DNA of 36,775 nucleotides from Basidiobolus ranarum (Eukaryota): assembly GCA_040143965.1 (NCBI GenBank), contig JASJQH010000057.1:1-36775 (forward strand), written 5' to 3'. Below the pieces are notes generated by a model. That model was not told the DNA's origin and ran no database searches. It saw nothing but the letters and a program-made list of their open reading frames with translations. This document shows positions 23,353 to 34,416 of this stretch, piece by piece. The stretch's first letter is position 1; each line of letters opens with the position of its first letter. The translations under genes and the position numbers were made by a program.

Positions 23353-24326
23353 TAGAATAATATAAATTGTATAGTAAAGAAACTTACCCGGAGTACGGAC
23401 TGATTAAAGCGTGCGGATACTAATCATTGGCACTCGAATCAGATATTTATAGAACTCCAACTATACAATTTCTCATGGGTACACCCTGAATAAAATGGGA
23501 GAATATTTTTATTGGCCAATGAAGTTAGAGAAGACTGATGATTGGATAGTGGTTTGTTTATGCTTTTGATCAGTTTACGTTGAAGCAGCTTTAAACTAAC
23601 ACTTGGTTTTTCCTTATCTCGTTTCAACACGGTTATGTATAAACAGTGGCTGAGTACAACCCTTCATATTATTGCATTGTGTGCATCCTATGCATCGAAT
23701 TCGAGCAAGTCGCAGATCTGTGCATTGTAGTGTGAGTATGCATTTAGTAAATTTAGACATGTAGATAAATTCCAACTCCTTAGAATAATGACATCACTAT
23801 CATGGTGATCAAAAGCGAGAGCAAGGGTGAGAGCAACCAAAATTACCATATAGTAAGCAACTAAATACTTGTTTTAGGGTTGGGTTATGTATATAGGGTT
23901 AGATAGATTATTGATGTTTTGTTAGAGTTCAGTGTGATCTTCGATTGGGAAAAAGCGATGCCGATTGAGGTTTCTATTGTTGTTAATCTATGCGTCCGCT
24001 ATCATCGCAGATACTACATTGTACATTAATATTCAGTGCTATCTCATGAATCAAGAAACGATGCAACATATAGTTTCATAAAGCGTAACTGCCTAGTAAC
24101 CAAATACTTATCTATACCACATTACTTTGTATCAGTGATTACATGGCTTGTCGCCTTTGCAGACGTAATATTCATCTGTCAATGTTTCAAAGATGGGGGA
24201 GTGAGCGATTAAGGGGTTATACAATGAATTGATATAAAGGGATGAAGAAGATGTCAGTTGAAGAGTACCAGAGTCAAGTTCTTCAAGTCTCTTGTGCATA
24301 CTCCCTCTTACATTCTCATCATCATA

Positions 24327-25496
24327 ATGACTGCCTTTATGAACAATATTTCTACTAATTCCAATGGAGGAATTTTGAAAAAGGCATTTATTTTGATGAT
24401 GGCCTCTCCATTGCTTATGTCCAATACTGTTCAGGCTTTACCCTCTCTTGAAAGTAGCGGAGTAATGAAGGCTGAAGACATGGTTGACGGTCGTAGCGAA
24501 TTATTGGGAGCAGAGAATCAAGTGTTTGAGCATCTTTTCAAGAGACAAACCGATCTAGAGAATGTAGAGGGTGTGAGACTGGAGACAGTGAATGAAAAGC
24601 GTGATCTCTATGAGATTGAGCTCTCGGAGGCTGAGGCTGAACTATTAGGGAATCTGAAGAAGTTTGTGCCTGATTTCAAGAAGCTCGCACCACTTCTGAA
24701 GACATATATTCCTCTAATCCAGGCGCACGCTCCCTCTGTTCTAAATCTTTCGGTCAGGGATGCCATTGTCAAGCTTGGCCTTGGTAAGTATCTCAATGTG
24801 GTTGGTCTAGGTGGAGGAGAGTCATCTGGCGGACAGGATGGTGCTGAAGGTTACAGTAAACGTGATCTCTATGAAGTCGAGCTCTCCGAGGCTGAGGCTG
24901 AACTACTCGGAAAATTGAAGAAGTTTGTGCCCGATTTCAAGAAGCTCGCACCTCTTCTAAAATCATACGCACCTTTACTCAGAATGTATGGTCCCTCTGT
25001 TCTAAACCTCACAGTTAAGGATGCCATTGTCAAGCTTGGCTTTGGTAAGTATCTGAATGTGGCTGGTCTTGGTGGGGGCGAGTCATCCAGTGGTCAGGAA
25101 AGTGCTGAAGGATACAGTGGGGGTGAACTCACAAAGCGAGGTGTTAGTGAAGAGTATCCAGAAAAAAAAGAGGAAACTGTTAAGAACCCGAAGGCTAACT
25201 TTTACTCTCAGTTCAAAAAGGTCATTAAGCTCGCGCGTCCTGATAAAGTGTTGACTAGGGTAATTTTGAACTCACGAATAATTGATCTTCTCAAAGTTCT
25301 GAACATCAACCTTGGTCACAAATCGAAAACACACCATGTTGACTATGAGCCAAAGACCACTGACACCAAGCCTAGTTATGAAGCAAAGCCTGATAATGAA
25401 CCAAAAAAAGATGACGAGAAGAAAGCAGGTTCTTATGGCGATGCGGCTCCTAAGAGCCCCTATTCAGCCACCAAGGTTGCAAGCAAGAAGGCTTAA
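24327..25496 (+). CDS. Secreted Kex2-type repeat precursor protein
   Basis: TATAAA at 24233, hydrophobic signal-like segment ending TVQA-LP, four KR sites and two 87-aa repeats. Intronless, with AATAAA after the stop. Confidence 0.85.
   Translation: MTAFMNNISTNSNGGILKKAFILMMASPLLMSNTVQALPSLESSGVMKAEDMVDGRSELLGAENQVFEHLFKRQTDLENVEGVRLETVNEKRDLYEIELSEAEAELLGNLKKFVPDFKKLAPLLKTYIPLIQAHAPSVLNLSVRDAIVKLGLGKYLNVVGLGGGESSGGQDGAEGYSKRDLYEVELSEAEAELLGKLKKFVPDFKKLAPLLKSYAPLLRMYGPSVLNLTVKDAIVKLGFGKYLNVAGLGGGESSSGQESAEGYSGGELTKRGVSEEYPEKKEETVKNPKANFYSQFKKVIKLARPDKVLTRVILNSRIIDLLKVLNINLGHKSKTHHVDYEPKTTDTKPSYEAKPDNEPKKDDEKKAGSYGDAAPKSPYSATKVASKKA
24597..25118 (+). repeat. Internal tandem coding repeat, 2 x 261 bp (87 aa)
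   Basis: Units start at 24597 and 24858, each KRDLYE[IV]ELSEAEAELLG..AEGYS. Many differences fall at third codon positions. Confidence 0.95.
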
Positions 25497-25674
25497 GTTT
25501 AAGTATTTTCTCATAGAACAACTGTAATAAAATTCACATGAAGTTGTAGAGTTACACTATCACTCACATATATAAATTCAGTGGCAAGAGTAGGGCAGTA
25601 TAGTAACTACTTGCTCCAATAAGAGTTATCAAACTAAAAATTCTGTGGTGCTATTCAAAACACACCCTGGAGGT

Positions 25675-26525
25675 TTATTTCATTTTATCAAACATTCCGG
25701 CAAAATCTTTACGTTGCCTATCGTCTTGCTCTTTGTGTTTTTGCTTAAGAATTTCGTACTCACGTCTAACAAGCGGATCTGAAAATGATATATAGATAGT
25801 ATGAGGGATAAGTGCAGTCGTGGTGTGAAAAGAAACCAACTTTACCTTTGGGCGACTCCGCCAATAGTTGTTTCAAATCCTCTTCAGCACGATCCAAATT
25901 TCCCTGATTTAAGAAACTTTGTGCTCGTCTGAATCTAGCCTTCACGTTTTTGGGATCTGCAGTCAATGCCTAAAAAAACAACCAAGGTTTAATATTGAGT
26001 TTGCCTTACTCTAAACATGTCTTCTACCTTTTCAGCATACATAGATGCACGTTCCCAGCGTTGATTCTTGATGTGACAGGCTTGAGTTTGATTAGTAATT
26101 GCTGTAGAAGTATTTGTTTTATTAAGGCCAAATAACTTACCTGCCATATTGCTATAGCATACACTTAGAGTCTTTTGTACCTCGATCTTTTCCTCTTCCC
26201 CAAGAGGCTTTTGGCCGGTTGTAAAACCTGGTAACATGCCTTCGCCACCGCTAAGACCACTTAAAAAAAGAATGGCCTTTTAAGAAAAGAATGTTGCAAA
26301 GTTATTTACAGATTGCGTCGTATTGATCATTTTAAGATAACTCTCTTACTTCATGGTATTTTGTCATGGCTGTGAATAAGAATAGATTAGCAGATGAGAT
26401 AAGGGAATGTACTGAGATAATAAAGGCTTACCTTTGATGAAGTCACCAGCTTTGAAAAACTCATTCCCTTCGTCTTTACGGGCTTTACCTTCGGCTATTT
26501 TCTCGAGTTGATTTGGGGTGGACAT
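25675..26525 (-). CDS. TPR co-chaperone-like protein (TTC9/FKBP-type TPR), multi-exon
   Basis: Spliced ARKDEGNEFFKAGDF..AMTKYHEA, CYSNMAACHIK..RWERA, DPKNVKARFRRAQ, ending FAGMFDKMK*. Confidence 0.88.
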
Positions 26526-26755
26526 GTTTAAAATACAGAAGTGACCTAAAGAACCGCGACAACCTTAATACTATACTCGTATTATGATAAATCGGATAGT
26601 GGCTTAAATTCATCTTGTAATAATGATAAATCGGAATTGAATTTTATTTAATATCCTCAACTTCAGAACATTATGTGATTAAATTACATTACTCTTGCTT
26701 TCATTTTCATGGTTACTTTGGATAAACCTCTATAACTGAGAAGTAAAAGTCCTCG

Positions 26756-27744
26756 ATGAATCTAGACACTGAATTTCGTAACCCCTCTCCCCCTCCTCTG
26801 TCTGACCTAGATCCACTTCAGTCCTCTATCACAGGAATATTACTTTCATTAGTAACCAAGCTAGAGAGTAATACTGTAGATGAAATTGAAGAAAGTAAAG
26901 ATGTTACTGGAGAGGACAGCCCTTTTGAACTCACTCTGTGTTCTATCTGGGATCTTAGTAATTTCCCCGAGTATGCCATAGATTTTCAGCAATGGGAGTT
27001 GGATCAACTTTTATTACGTACTTTATCAGTGACGAAACGTCCACGTACTGTTGAGTTGGTATTTGGGATATTTAGTACCTTAGTTTGCCAAATATCACTG
27101 GTCAGTAAATATTTACAAAAAAACGAGCTCGTGCCCATTGTGTTAGAAACTCTACGAAACACTCAAGATCCAAAGATCTTAACTCAATGTGCAAGATTTC
27201 TTAAAAATATATTATCCACGCTATCTACCTCAGAAGAAGAGGAAGCGGGAGTCCCAGAAGAGTTTATTACTTTACTTAATTCCAATTATCCAACTGAGTA
27301 TCTTCTCTTTATTGTTTCAAACTCATTGGATGAGGAACTCAAAAACGAGGCTCTTAAGGCTTTGAAATGGTTACTGTTAACGTGTGAACCGCAACTCGGT
27401 CCTGAAGAAGAAAAAGCATTGATCGATGTCTGCATAGAAAATATGTCTGGTTCTTGGTCAGTATTGACATGAATTTCTCAACTGATTACTAGACTGATTT
27501 CAACGGTTATTTTACTCAGGTGCCTAAAAAAAGCCTCCATGAATCTATCTGCGATTGCTGTTTGGTTGTTCCCGCAAGCTTGGAATATCTTAGGTTAGTA
27601 AGGATTGAAATCATATCTTGGGTATCTGTAGCTCATCTCGTGTTTCAATTGACAGTTCCCAAATTAAAAGAGTCCTTGTCACAGGTTGAAGATGAAAAAG
27701 AACTCGCTGAACTTCAAAAATTAATGGCTGGTTTAGGTGTTTAA
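26756..27744 (+). CDS. SAAL1: SAAL1-like armadillo-repeat protein, 3 exons
   Basis: N-terminal RNPSPPP, LCSIWDLS and PRTVELVFGIF parallel animal SAAL1 (RNPSPPP..ICRVWDMS..PRLREICVGIL). Confidence 0.72.
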
Positions 27745-28078
27745 AATATCTGTCTGTGAGAAATTCCATTGTTTTATTGCTGCTAAAGTTTGTGCAAATC
27801 TGACTGCTTTAATAAAGAATCCTGAGAACACGTGATACGCCGTAGAAATCTCTTTTGTTTAAAGAATACTTTTCTTAACGCGTCAAAGTATAGTGGGAGT
27901 GATTGCTTGAGAGTTTAGGCTTAACGAATTGATTCGAACACAGTCAACTTTTTCCTTTCTGAGAAATCCTTACTGTTTCTTTACTTCAATTGATTAAAAG
28001 ACTTTCACTACTCTAAGTTACTAGTCTGCAACTTCCTTCTTCCATTTCCACTATTAGCAGTGAAATTTACACTTGGAC

Positions 28079-29440
28079 ATGTCACTATCAAGTAGAAACC
28101 AGACGCCTGAAACGGATTTCGCGAACAAACCCGAAGAGAATGTTACGGGTATGTGACTTGTAAACATCACTCTAGCTTCGCTTTAAATTCTTTTTTACCG
28201 AATTGATTAGTGGCATTTATATTCCAAGAGACTCCTTTTTAACAGCTCTTGACCTTGTGATTGACACCTCTTATTTTATTGTAGGAGTAACCCAAACTGA
28301 AAGTAGAAAAGAAAAACTCCATCGAGAAATTCTGGAGCGTCTCAATAGGTTAAACGAAGAGTTTGACTTGAGAAAAGCCAAGTTAGTTATAATGTTTTTC
28401 TTCTTTCTGTCCTTGAAAAAAATAGAAGGCTTCAGAAAGAAACCTTTCCGATCCATTCGTGTGCTATCTCTTACTCTTCTTTTTTTGTTGCTTCAGATTG
28501 TTCCGTGAAAAGAGTGACGGACTTAGTAGAGAATTGAAGCAGATTTACCACGGTGAGAATATTTTGTTGCTTCGAGAATATTTTTTAAGCTAGTTATTGA
28601 GATTTTCTTGTCCATAAAGAAACACATCCGGAATTCAAAACCTCTCTTGAAGAACTGGCCAATCAAAGAGATGAAAATCTATACGCCACAAAACTGTATC
28701 GAGAGTATCTGAGCTCAAATGTGGAGCGTATATACGAAGCGGAAGTCCAGAGAGCTGAAGAAGAATACGAGGCAAGTTTTACATAGTCCATACCATTATA
28801 TCTCAAAATCAGCTCACATCTGTGCCGTGATTTAGAAAGAGAAGCAAAGCATTAAAGAAAAGCTGCTAGCGGCAATAGAAGAAAAGAAGAGTAAACTTAA
28901 AGAAGATAAGGATAGCTCGCAGATCATCAATGGTAGCTTTCATCCTATTCTGTAAGCCACTTTTGAGTATTCGTTAAACATATTGTTTTAGAATATACAA
29001 TAGAGTCCCCGTCCCGCTCACATAGTACACGTAAACTACGGAAACGAAATATGGAGCACACAGAAATTAAGCCAGCCAAACGTCGTAATTTGAGTGATAT
29101 CCTTTTTACCAATTTTTATATACGCTATGATTGCTGCGCTATGATATCCTTAACTTTAGCCATCACGTCCTGCTATAAGTATTACTCTTAAAGAAGATGA
29201 GGTTAAAGAAGATATGACCATCCTTCGTGGTGTAAGTTGATGATATACTTGTGTCTTATCTGGTGTTCAAAGAGTAATCCATGTATATAGGAGTCACCCA
29301 GCAGTGAGGATGAGCAATTGGCAAGTGATCCTTCACAAAACCAACACCCTCAGGGTAACTTGAATGGGACTAGTAACGGGAGCGGTAATGGGAATGGAAG
29401 CAACGGAAGACGCGGGAATCAGTCGAAGCATAAAAGATGA
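28079..29440 (+). CDS. Sds3/BRMS1-family Sin3-HDAC complex subunit, multi-exon
   Basis: Spliced coiled coils, ETHPEF, E.E.K..K.KL...IEEKK.KL.ED, TRKLRKR and LSGPAISITLKEDEVKEDM (cf. BRMS1 SGPYIVYML....I.ED). Confidence 0.85.
28772..28835 (+). other. GC-AG intron
   Basis: GAG|GCAAGT..CTCAC..TTTAG|AAA. Removal gives in-frame EEYE-KEKQSIKEK. Confidence 0.8.
29097..29166 (+). other. U12-type AT-AC intron
   Basis: 5' splice site ATATCCTTTT, branch TCCTTAAC at 29147-29154, 3' end CAC at 29166. Removal restores RRNLS-G-PAISITL. Confidence 0.93.
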
Positions 29441-29973
29441 AAAGCTCGCTGTTCTCAATATTTCATTACTTTCTGATGTTATGTATATTTAGTTGGGCGG
29501 TTCAGTACTTAGACTATGCTTTTTTCTCCCCTCCCTTGCATTCTCGCACTCTTCTAGATAATTGTGTATAAGTTTTGCTAATGTTATTTATTTTGCGAAA
29601 AGCCCCATCTCTCCTTCCTCTTTCCATTATTCTCTTTCCATTATTGGTATAATAATAGATAACACATATACATATTGCGTAGTTTGACATCTATTGATTT
29701 TAGTGACAAGATGGTAAAGATGCTGGCATATCACATGAATATGGGCCGATTAACTCCATTTGGCTTAATATGAACTTTTTTATACTTGGCATCATTCAAT
29801 TTAATGACATGAAATCTCAGCCGAGAAAGGTCATGTTTGCCTAATGATTTTGTGATTGAAATTGTAATCAATTGGTATTTAATATCGTGACTCTTAAGAG
29901 ATGTTGATTTTTGAAATATGGACAAAACACTTCTCTTTCTTGCTTGCAACTTTCTCATTTCTAAGTAATAATC

Positions 29974-30504
29974 ATGTAAGTCTTTGTATTTTCGGTTATC
30001 GTATATATATTCGTATATGAGCGTGTAAGTAACCGCTGTTTTACTCAGGTCATCCCCATACGAAAATCCCAACAATGGTCCTTCTGCTAGCAGTCCCAAC
30101 AAAAGTAAGCTAGTACAACAACAGGTGGACGAAGTAGTAAATATCATGCAAGACAATGTAAATCGAGTCATGGAGCGAGGCGAACGTTTAGATACTTTAA
30201 ACAACAAAGCTGGTCAGTTTTTCCTTAGCTCTCTATATTATATACTATGGACTTTCGATTCTTAAACTTTATCTGTACTTGTAGAGGATCTCGAAAGCGG
30301 AGCTCTGCAATTCCGTAGAGGAGCCAACAAAGTTCGTAAGAACATGTGGTGGAAAAATTTCAAGCTCCAACTGATCATTATTGCAATCGTGATCATTCTT
30401 TTGTTGATTATCATAAGTATGTTCAGCTTTATATTTTTGATTTCTTCCTCCACCCCAACTAACCTCGTGTTCAATGTGTAGTTCCTTTGGTAACCAGAAA
30501 GTGA
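29974..30504 (+). CDS. SNC1: Synaptobrevin/VAMP R-SNARE (Snc1/2-like), 4 exons, start codon split AT|G by intron 29976-30048
   Basis: QQQVDEVVNIMQDNVNRVMERGERLDTL..KAEDL..GA.QF.RGANKVRK.MWWKN.K followed by a TM helix. Confidence 0.95.
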
Positions 30505-30949
30505 TGTTGCAACATATCTTCCAATCTTGTTTATAGCGTTCAATTATACACTACTTCGAAATGAACTATCATTTCCGATATCCATTATTTTCCCCCCTCA
30601 AAATGTAGTAAACTCATTGGTCTTTGGCCTAAATCAAATCATCAGTTTTCCCAGATATCAACACAATAAAAAATCAACCCACACTCGAATTCTGCACAAA
30701 AGCCTACTACATGTTCAAGTGACCATCCCTGTTTGACATCTTGGGCTGAGGTACCTAAATTAGTGGCAGGCTTTGTTTGAGAAATGCCAGAAAATACACT
30801 AACGACAACATGTTGGACACAGTGAGTTTCAAAGGTGAAACTATCAAATTAATCGGATTTTATTGGGGATATAATAGACCTTGCTGGAAGGCTGTCATAG
30901 TAAGGACAATCCCACCTTCCTCTCTTTATCCTTCTATCCAGACAAGACC

Positions 30950-31288
30950 ATGTTCACGCAGTTGATAGCCCTAGTTGTTGGTACGGTCATTCTTGCTTCC
31001 TCCGGAGTGGTTAATGGTGAATGTACTGACACTAATAAGAACTGTGCTGGCTGGGGCAAGTCTGGAGAATGTACAAACAATCCGCTCTACATGTTGGTTA
31101 ACTGTTGTACAACCTGTAAGGAAGTCGGCATTCAGTATGTTCAGCCCGATACTAATTGTTCAGATAACCACGTTTGGTGTGAAGCGTATGCTACTGCTGG
31201 CAAATGTGAAGTATCAGGAATCATTGCTTATGATATATCTATGGATATGTGCCCTAGCTCCTGTCATAAATGTCCATCATATAAGTAG
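30950..31288 (+). CDS. Secreted protein with two ShKT (ShK toxin-like) domains
   Basis: Signal peptide MFTQLIALVVGTVILASSGVVNG, then CTDTNKNCAGWGKSGECTNNPLYMLVNCCTTC and CSDNHVWCEAYATAGKC..MDMCPSSCHKC. Confidence 0.85.
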   Translation: MFTQLIALVVGTVILASSGVVNGECTDTNKNCAGWGKSGECTNNPLYMLVNCCTTCKEVGIQYVQPDTNCSDNHVWCEAYATAGKCEVSGIIAYDISMDMCPSSCHKCPSYK

Positions 31289-32789
31289 TGGTTAGCTCTC
31301 TATTGTAGTCACAATTTAATAATAAGGCATTTTGGATATTATTCCTTTGTTCCCTATTCACAGTTACTTGTCTTTCTAGTTACCTAATATTATGCCAGGT
31401 GGTATAGAGTTATTAGGAACAGTCTAACTATCATATATAAATATTATTGAGTAGGTGAGGGTGACAGGGGTGTACTTGAAGACCACATGCTACAGAATCT
31501 AAAAGTATTCCAATAATAATAGTTAATAATTATAGATCGTAATTTGCTGGATTAGATCTCTCGCAGGTAAGTCAGGAAATTGTCACTCATCCATGTTGCT
31601 TGTCTGCGGTGCTTTCCATTTTTATCAAGTGTAACTTACTTATAGCAGTTAGCATGCAGTCAATAAACGATATTTGGCAGCTCCAATTCGGTGGCTTATA
31701 TTAGTAGCTTGAACACTTGCGAATCTTGCATCGAATAAATATGTTGCTTATACAATGCAACATGTGAGTAAATTATAAACCATATATCAGCGAATGCCAT
31801 ATCTTGTTTGACTTCAACTTTCAGGTAAAAACAAACCAAGCAATGGTACTACAGCTGCTCTATAACTTCTCTGTTTGAGGCCCTTTTACTAACGGTAAGC
31901 GATTATGTAAGCACTAGAGATGGCGCACTTTGGTATTAATTGAAATAGGTTAACTGTATATTCGGGTATTGGAAAAGGGATTGCAATGAATCTTTGAATC
32001 TATGCAAAGTACTTCATTAATTTTGTACTTTCTAGAAAATACTTGACTTGTATCCTCTTACAGTTCGCAGGTATAATCTGGTGGGACCAGAAGCCAATCC
32101 TCACAGAGATTGGATTCACTTTCAATCTAGCCTAATGCCTAGGCCCCGTGACCTGTAATTTTGGATGAAGTGGATCAATTTAAAATAATAATTAAGAAAT
32201 AGTGGGGGAAATGATGTTTCCCTTCAGTTTTCTTAGTAAATCCAAATTGTTTGGCATTATTATTCTCTATCAGTATTTATAATTATATCAGTGAATACTA
32301 GCTCCGAAGCTTACAGTTTTAACAGAAAAGTTTGCTCGCTTAATAGTGCAGGTATTCTTGAGAGAAACAATAGCTTCTACATTGATGTTCTCCTAGTGTA
32401 GTAATATTGATATATCACTTGCTAGCATCGTAAGACCATCTAAAAGGGAATAGAGGCTAACTGGTGAAGTCATTAATCAAGCTAAAACAGTCAAATACAC
32501 ATAGGTTGCCTCTGACATCATTAATGCTGCAAAAGGAGGATGAGTTCAGCTTGAACAAAAGAAACCTCCATCTCAATTAGTATTATTATTAGTGTGCGCT
32601 AAATAACTTCGATAAGGTGGTTGTAGCTGATTGCTGCATCAAAAAACAAAAGGAAACAATTGCACCTGCTAGTTATAGTATATACATATAACTCTACAAA
32701 TTAATACCCATATATACGGAACCTATATGCACTAGATTTATTATTTTAAACTATGAAATGACTGCTGTATTGTTGCAATGGTATATAGA

Positions 32790-33640
32790 TGTTTAGCGGC
32801 GGCAACGGTAGCAGTGATATAGCCTGATGGGTCACTGACAGGTTGGAAAGTGTTCATGACTTTACCTTCATTAGATAGGTTGAAGGGCTTGAAATTGACA
32901 CTAGAGTAGTGCTTGTTGGGAAGTGCATGGCTAATCTTACTAACATCCACGCTCTCCCATCTTATACATGGTGGCTTGCACTGAGGTTGAATCATTGGTG
33001 GCAAAGATGCCGAGAGTGATCTCACAAGCACCAGAAGTAATCTCATCAAATAGAATAGACTCAATCTTCGACTTATCCAAACTGTAGGTCCACTTAGCAT
33101 CTACACTGGTAGAGAAGATGCGGTCATGAGCATCTTGAAGAGTAGTGTGCTCACAAAGATGGAAATTAATGAAGTTCGAGCCAGTGGACTTGAGCACAAG
33201 AAGGTGCTTAAGACGAGACTCGACGGTGACATTGCTACTGCGAGAGACAAGCAACTCAACACGTCTGGTATCTTCACCATTACGGAAGAAGGAGTGAGGA
33301 TGAAGCTGACCATCGATATCAACACGAGTCCCACGGTGCTGAATGATCTTGATATGAATATCATTGACGTGAGAGTATCTGTTGATAAAGTGTTGACCAA
33401 TCTCATAACCGAAACGTTCAATAATCTGGACATTGCTAGATTTCTTAGCAAGAACATAGATAGTGTTCTTGACAGTGTCGGTAGGAATAATAGGGCTGTT
33501 GTTAGCTTCAGTGTATGAGGTCTCAAATTTGCCGTCAAGAAGAACCTGGCAAGTAAGTTCAACTACATCGTGCCAATCTTTGGTATGGCGAATAACCAAT
33601 AATAGATTTGTACTTTACCATAGATTTGTGATTTGACACT
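32790..33640 (-). pseudogene. uox: Urate oxidase (uricase), probably pseudogenised
   Basis: YGK, PTDTVKNT, HPHSF, LVLKSTGSNF, DRIFST, SVQATMYKM, LPNKHY and PSGYITATV. There is a deletion/frameshift near 32950, W>G in the conserved WTR, and no in-frame ATG upstream of YGK. Confidence 0.85.
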
Positions 33641-33707
33641 ATATAAAGCCGTTAAGGAATGGGCCAGAAAAGTAGAGCTCCCCACTTGATCAAGTATCTA
33701 ATCAATC

Positions 33708-34416
33708 ATGTCATCATCTATTGAATCAAAATGTCAGGCTTACGGTAAAGCTAAAGTCAGAGTCACTAAAACTAAAGTCAGAGTCACTAAAGCTATCGGT
33801 CACACCGCTGACATTGTCGAGCTTGCCTGCCAAGTACTTTGAGAAGGCCTGCACTGAGGCTGACAACAGCATGGTAGTTCCGACTGACACAGTCAGAAAC
33901 ACTATGTCATTGCCAAGAGGTCTAACCATGTTCAAACTATTGAACGTTATAATTACGAACTCCGCAAGCACTTTGTTGACAAATACGCTCACGAACCCAC
34001 GCCAATGTCCACATTGTTCAATCTCATTGGGCCAGAATCAATTTCAATGTTGAGATTGACCCTCACTCCTACTGCGATGGAGCCGCAACCAGAAAACCTG
34101 GTTGACCATCACCGCCGATGGAGTCAGTATCAAATCAGGTTTGGAAGGTCTACTTGTGTTGAAGACCACTGGATCACCCTTCACCAACTTCCATCTCTGC
34201 GAGAACACTACCCTCTAAGATGCTGATGACCGTATATTTTCTACCCCCGTTAAGGCTCGCTATAACATCGACACTTCCATTGGAGTCGAGAATATTCCAT
34301 TCAATCGTATTTTCGATGGAGTTTGCAAGACATCCTTGGATGTATTTGCTTGTGATGACTCTGATTTCTCTGGATATATTACTGCTACCATTGGCGGTCG
34401 TAATAGTCGAATTTAA
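33708..34416 (+). pseudogene. uox: Second, more decayed urate oxidase copy
   Basis: MSSS..AYGKAKVRVTK, EADNSMVVPTDTVRNT, VLKTTGSPFTNFHLCENTTL..DDRIFST and SGYITATIGGRNSRI* spread over several frames, with stops and deletions. Confidence 0.9.

Larger units (their letters stand above)
22870..23440 (-). ncRNA. Non-coding snoRNA host transcript (3 short exons, 2 long introns); outer ends approximate
   Basis: TATAAATA at about 23451-23444. Intron 23387-23154 (GTAAGT..TTAG), 14-nt exon 23153-23140, intron 23139-22914 (GTGAGT..CTAAT..TTAG), AATAAA near 22890. No ORF. Confidence 0.72.

Noticed and set aside
26584-26636. ATGATAAATCGGA twice in the divergent TPR/SAAL1 promoter
   Set aside because: Possibly a factor site, but too short and AT-rich to support a call.
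31480-32160. Chain of plausible plus-strand splice signals suggesting a small gene
   Set aside because: The joins tried hit stops and gave no recognisable protein. It may be a relic or a non-coding transcript.
33721-33791. ORF with repeated LKSESLK
   Set aside because: Off-frame reading of the 21-bp duplication in the uricase pseudogene.
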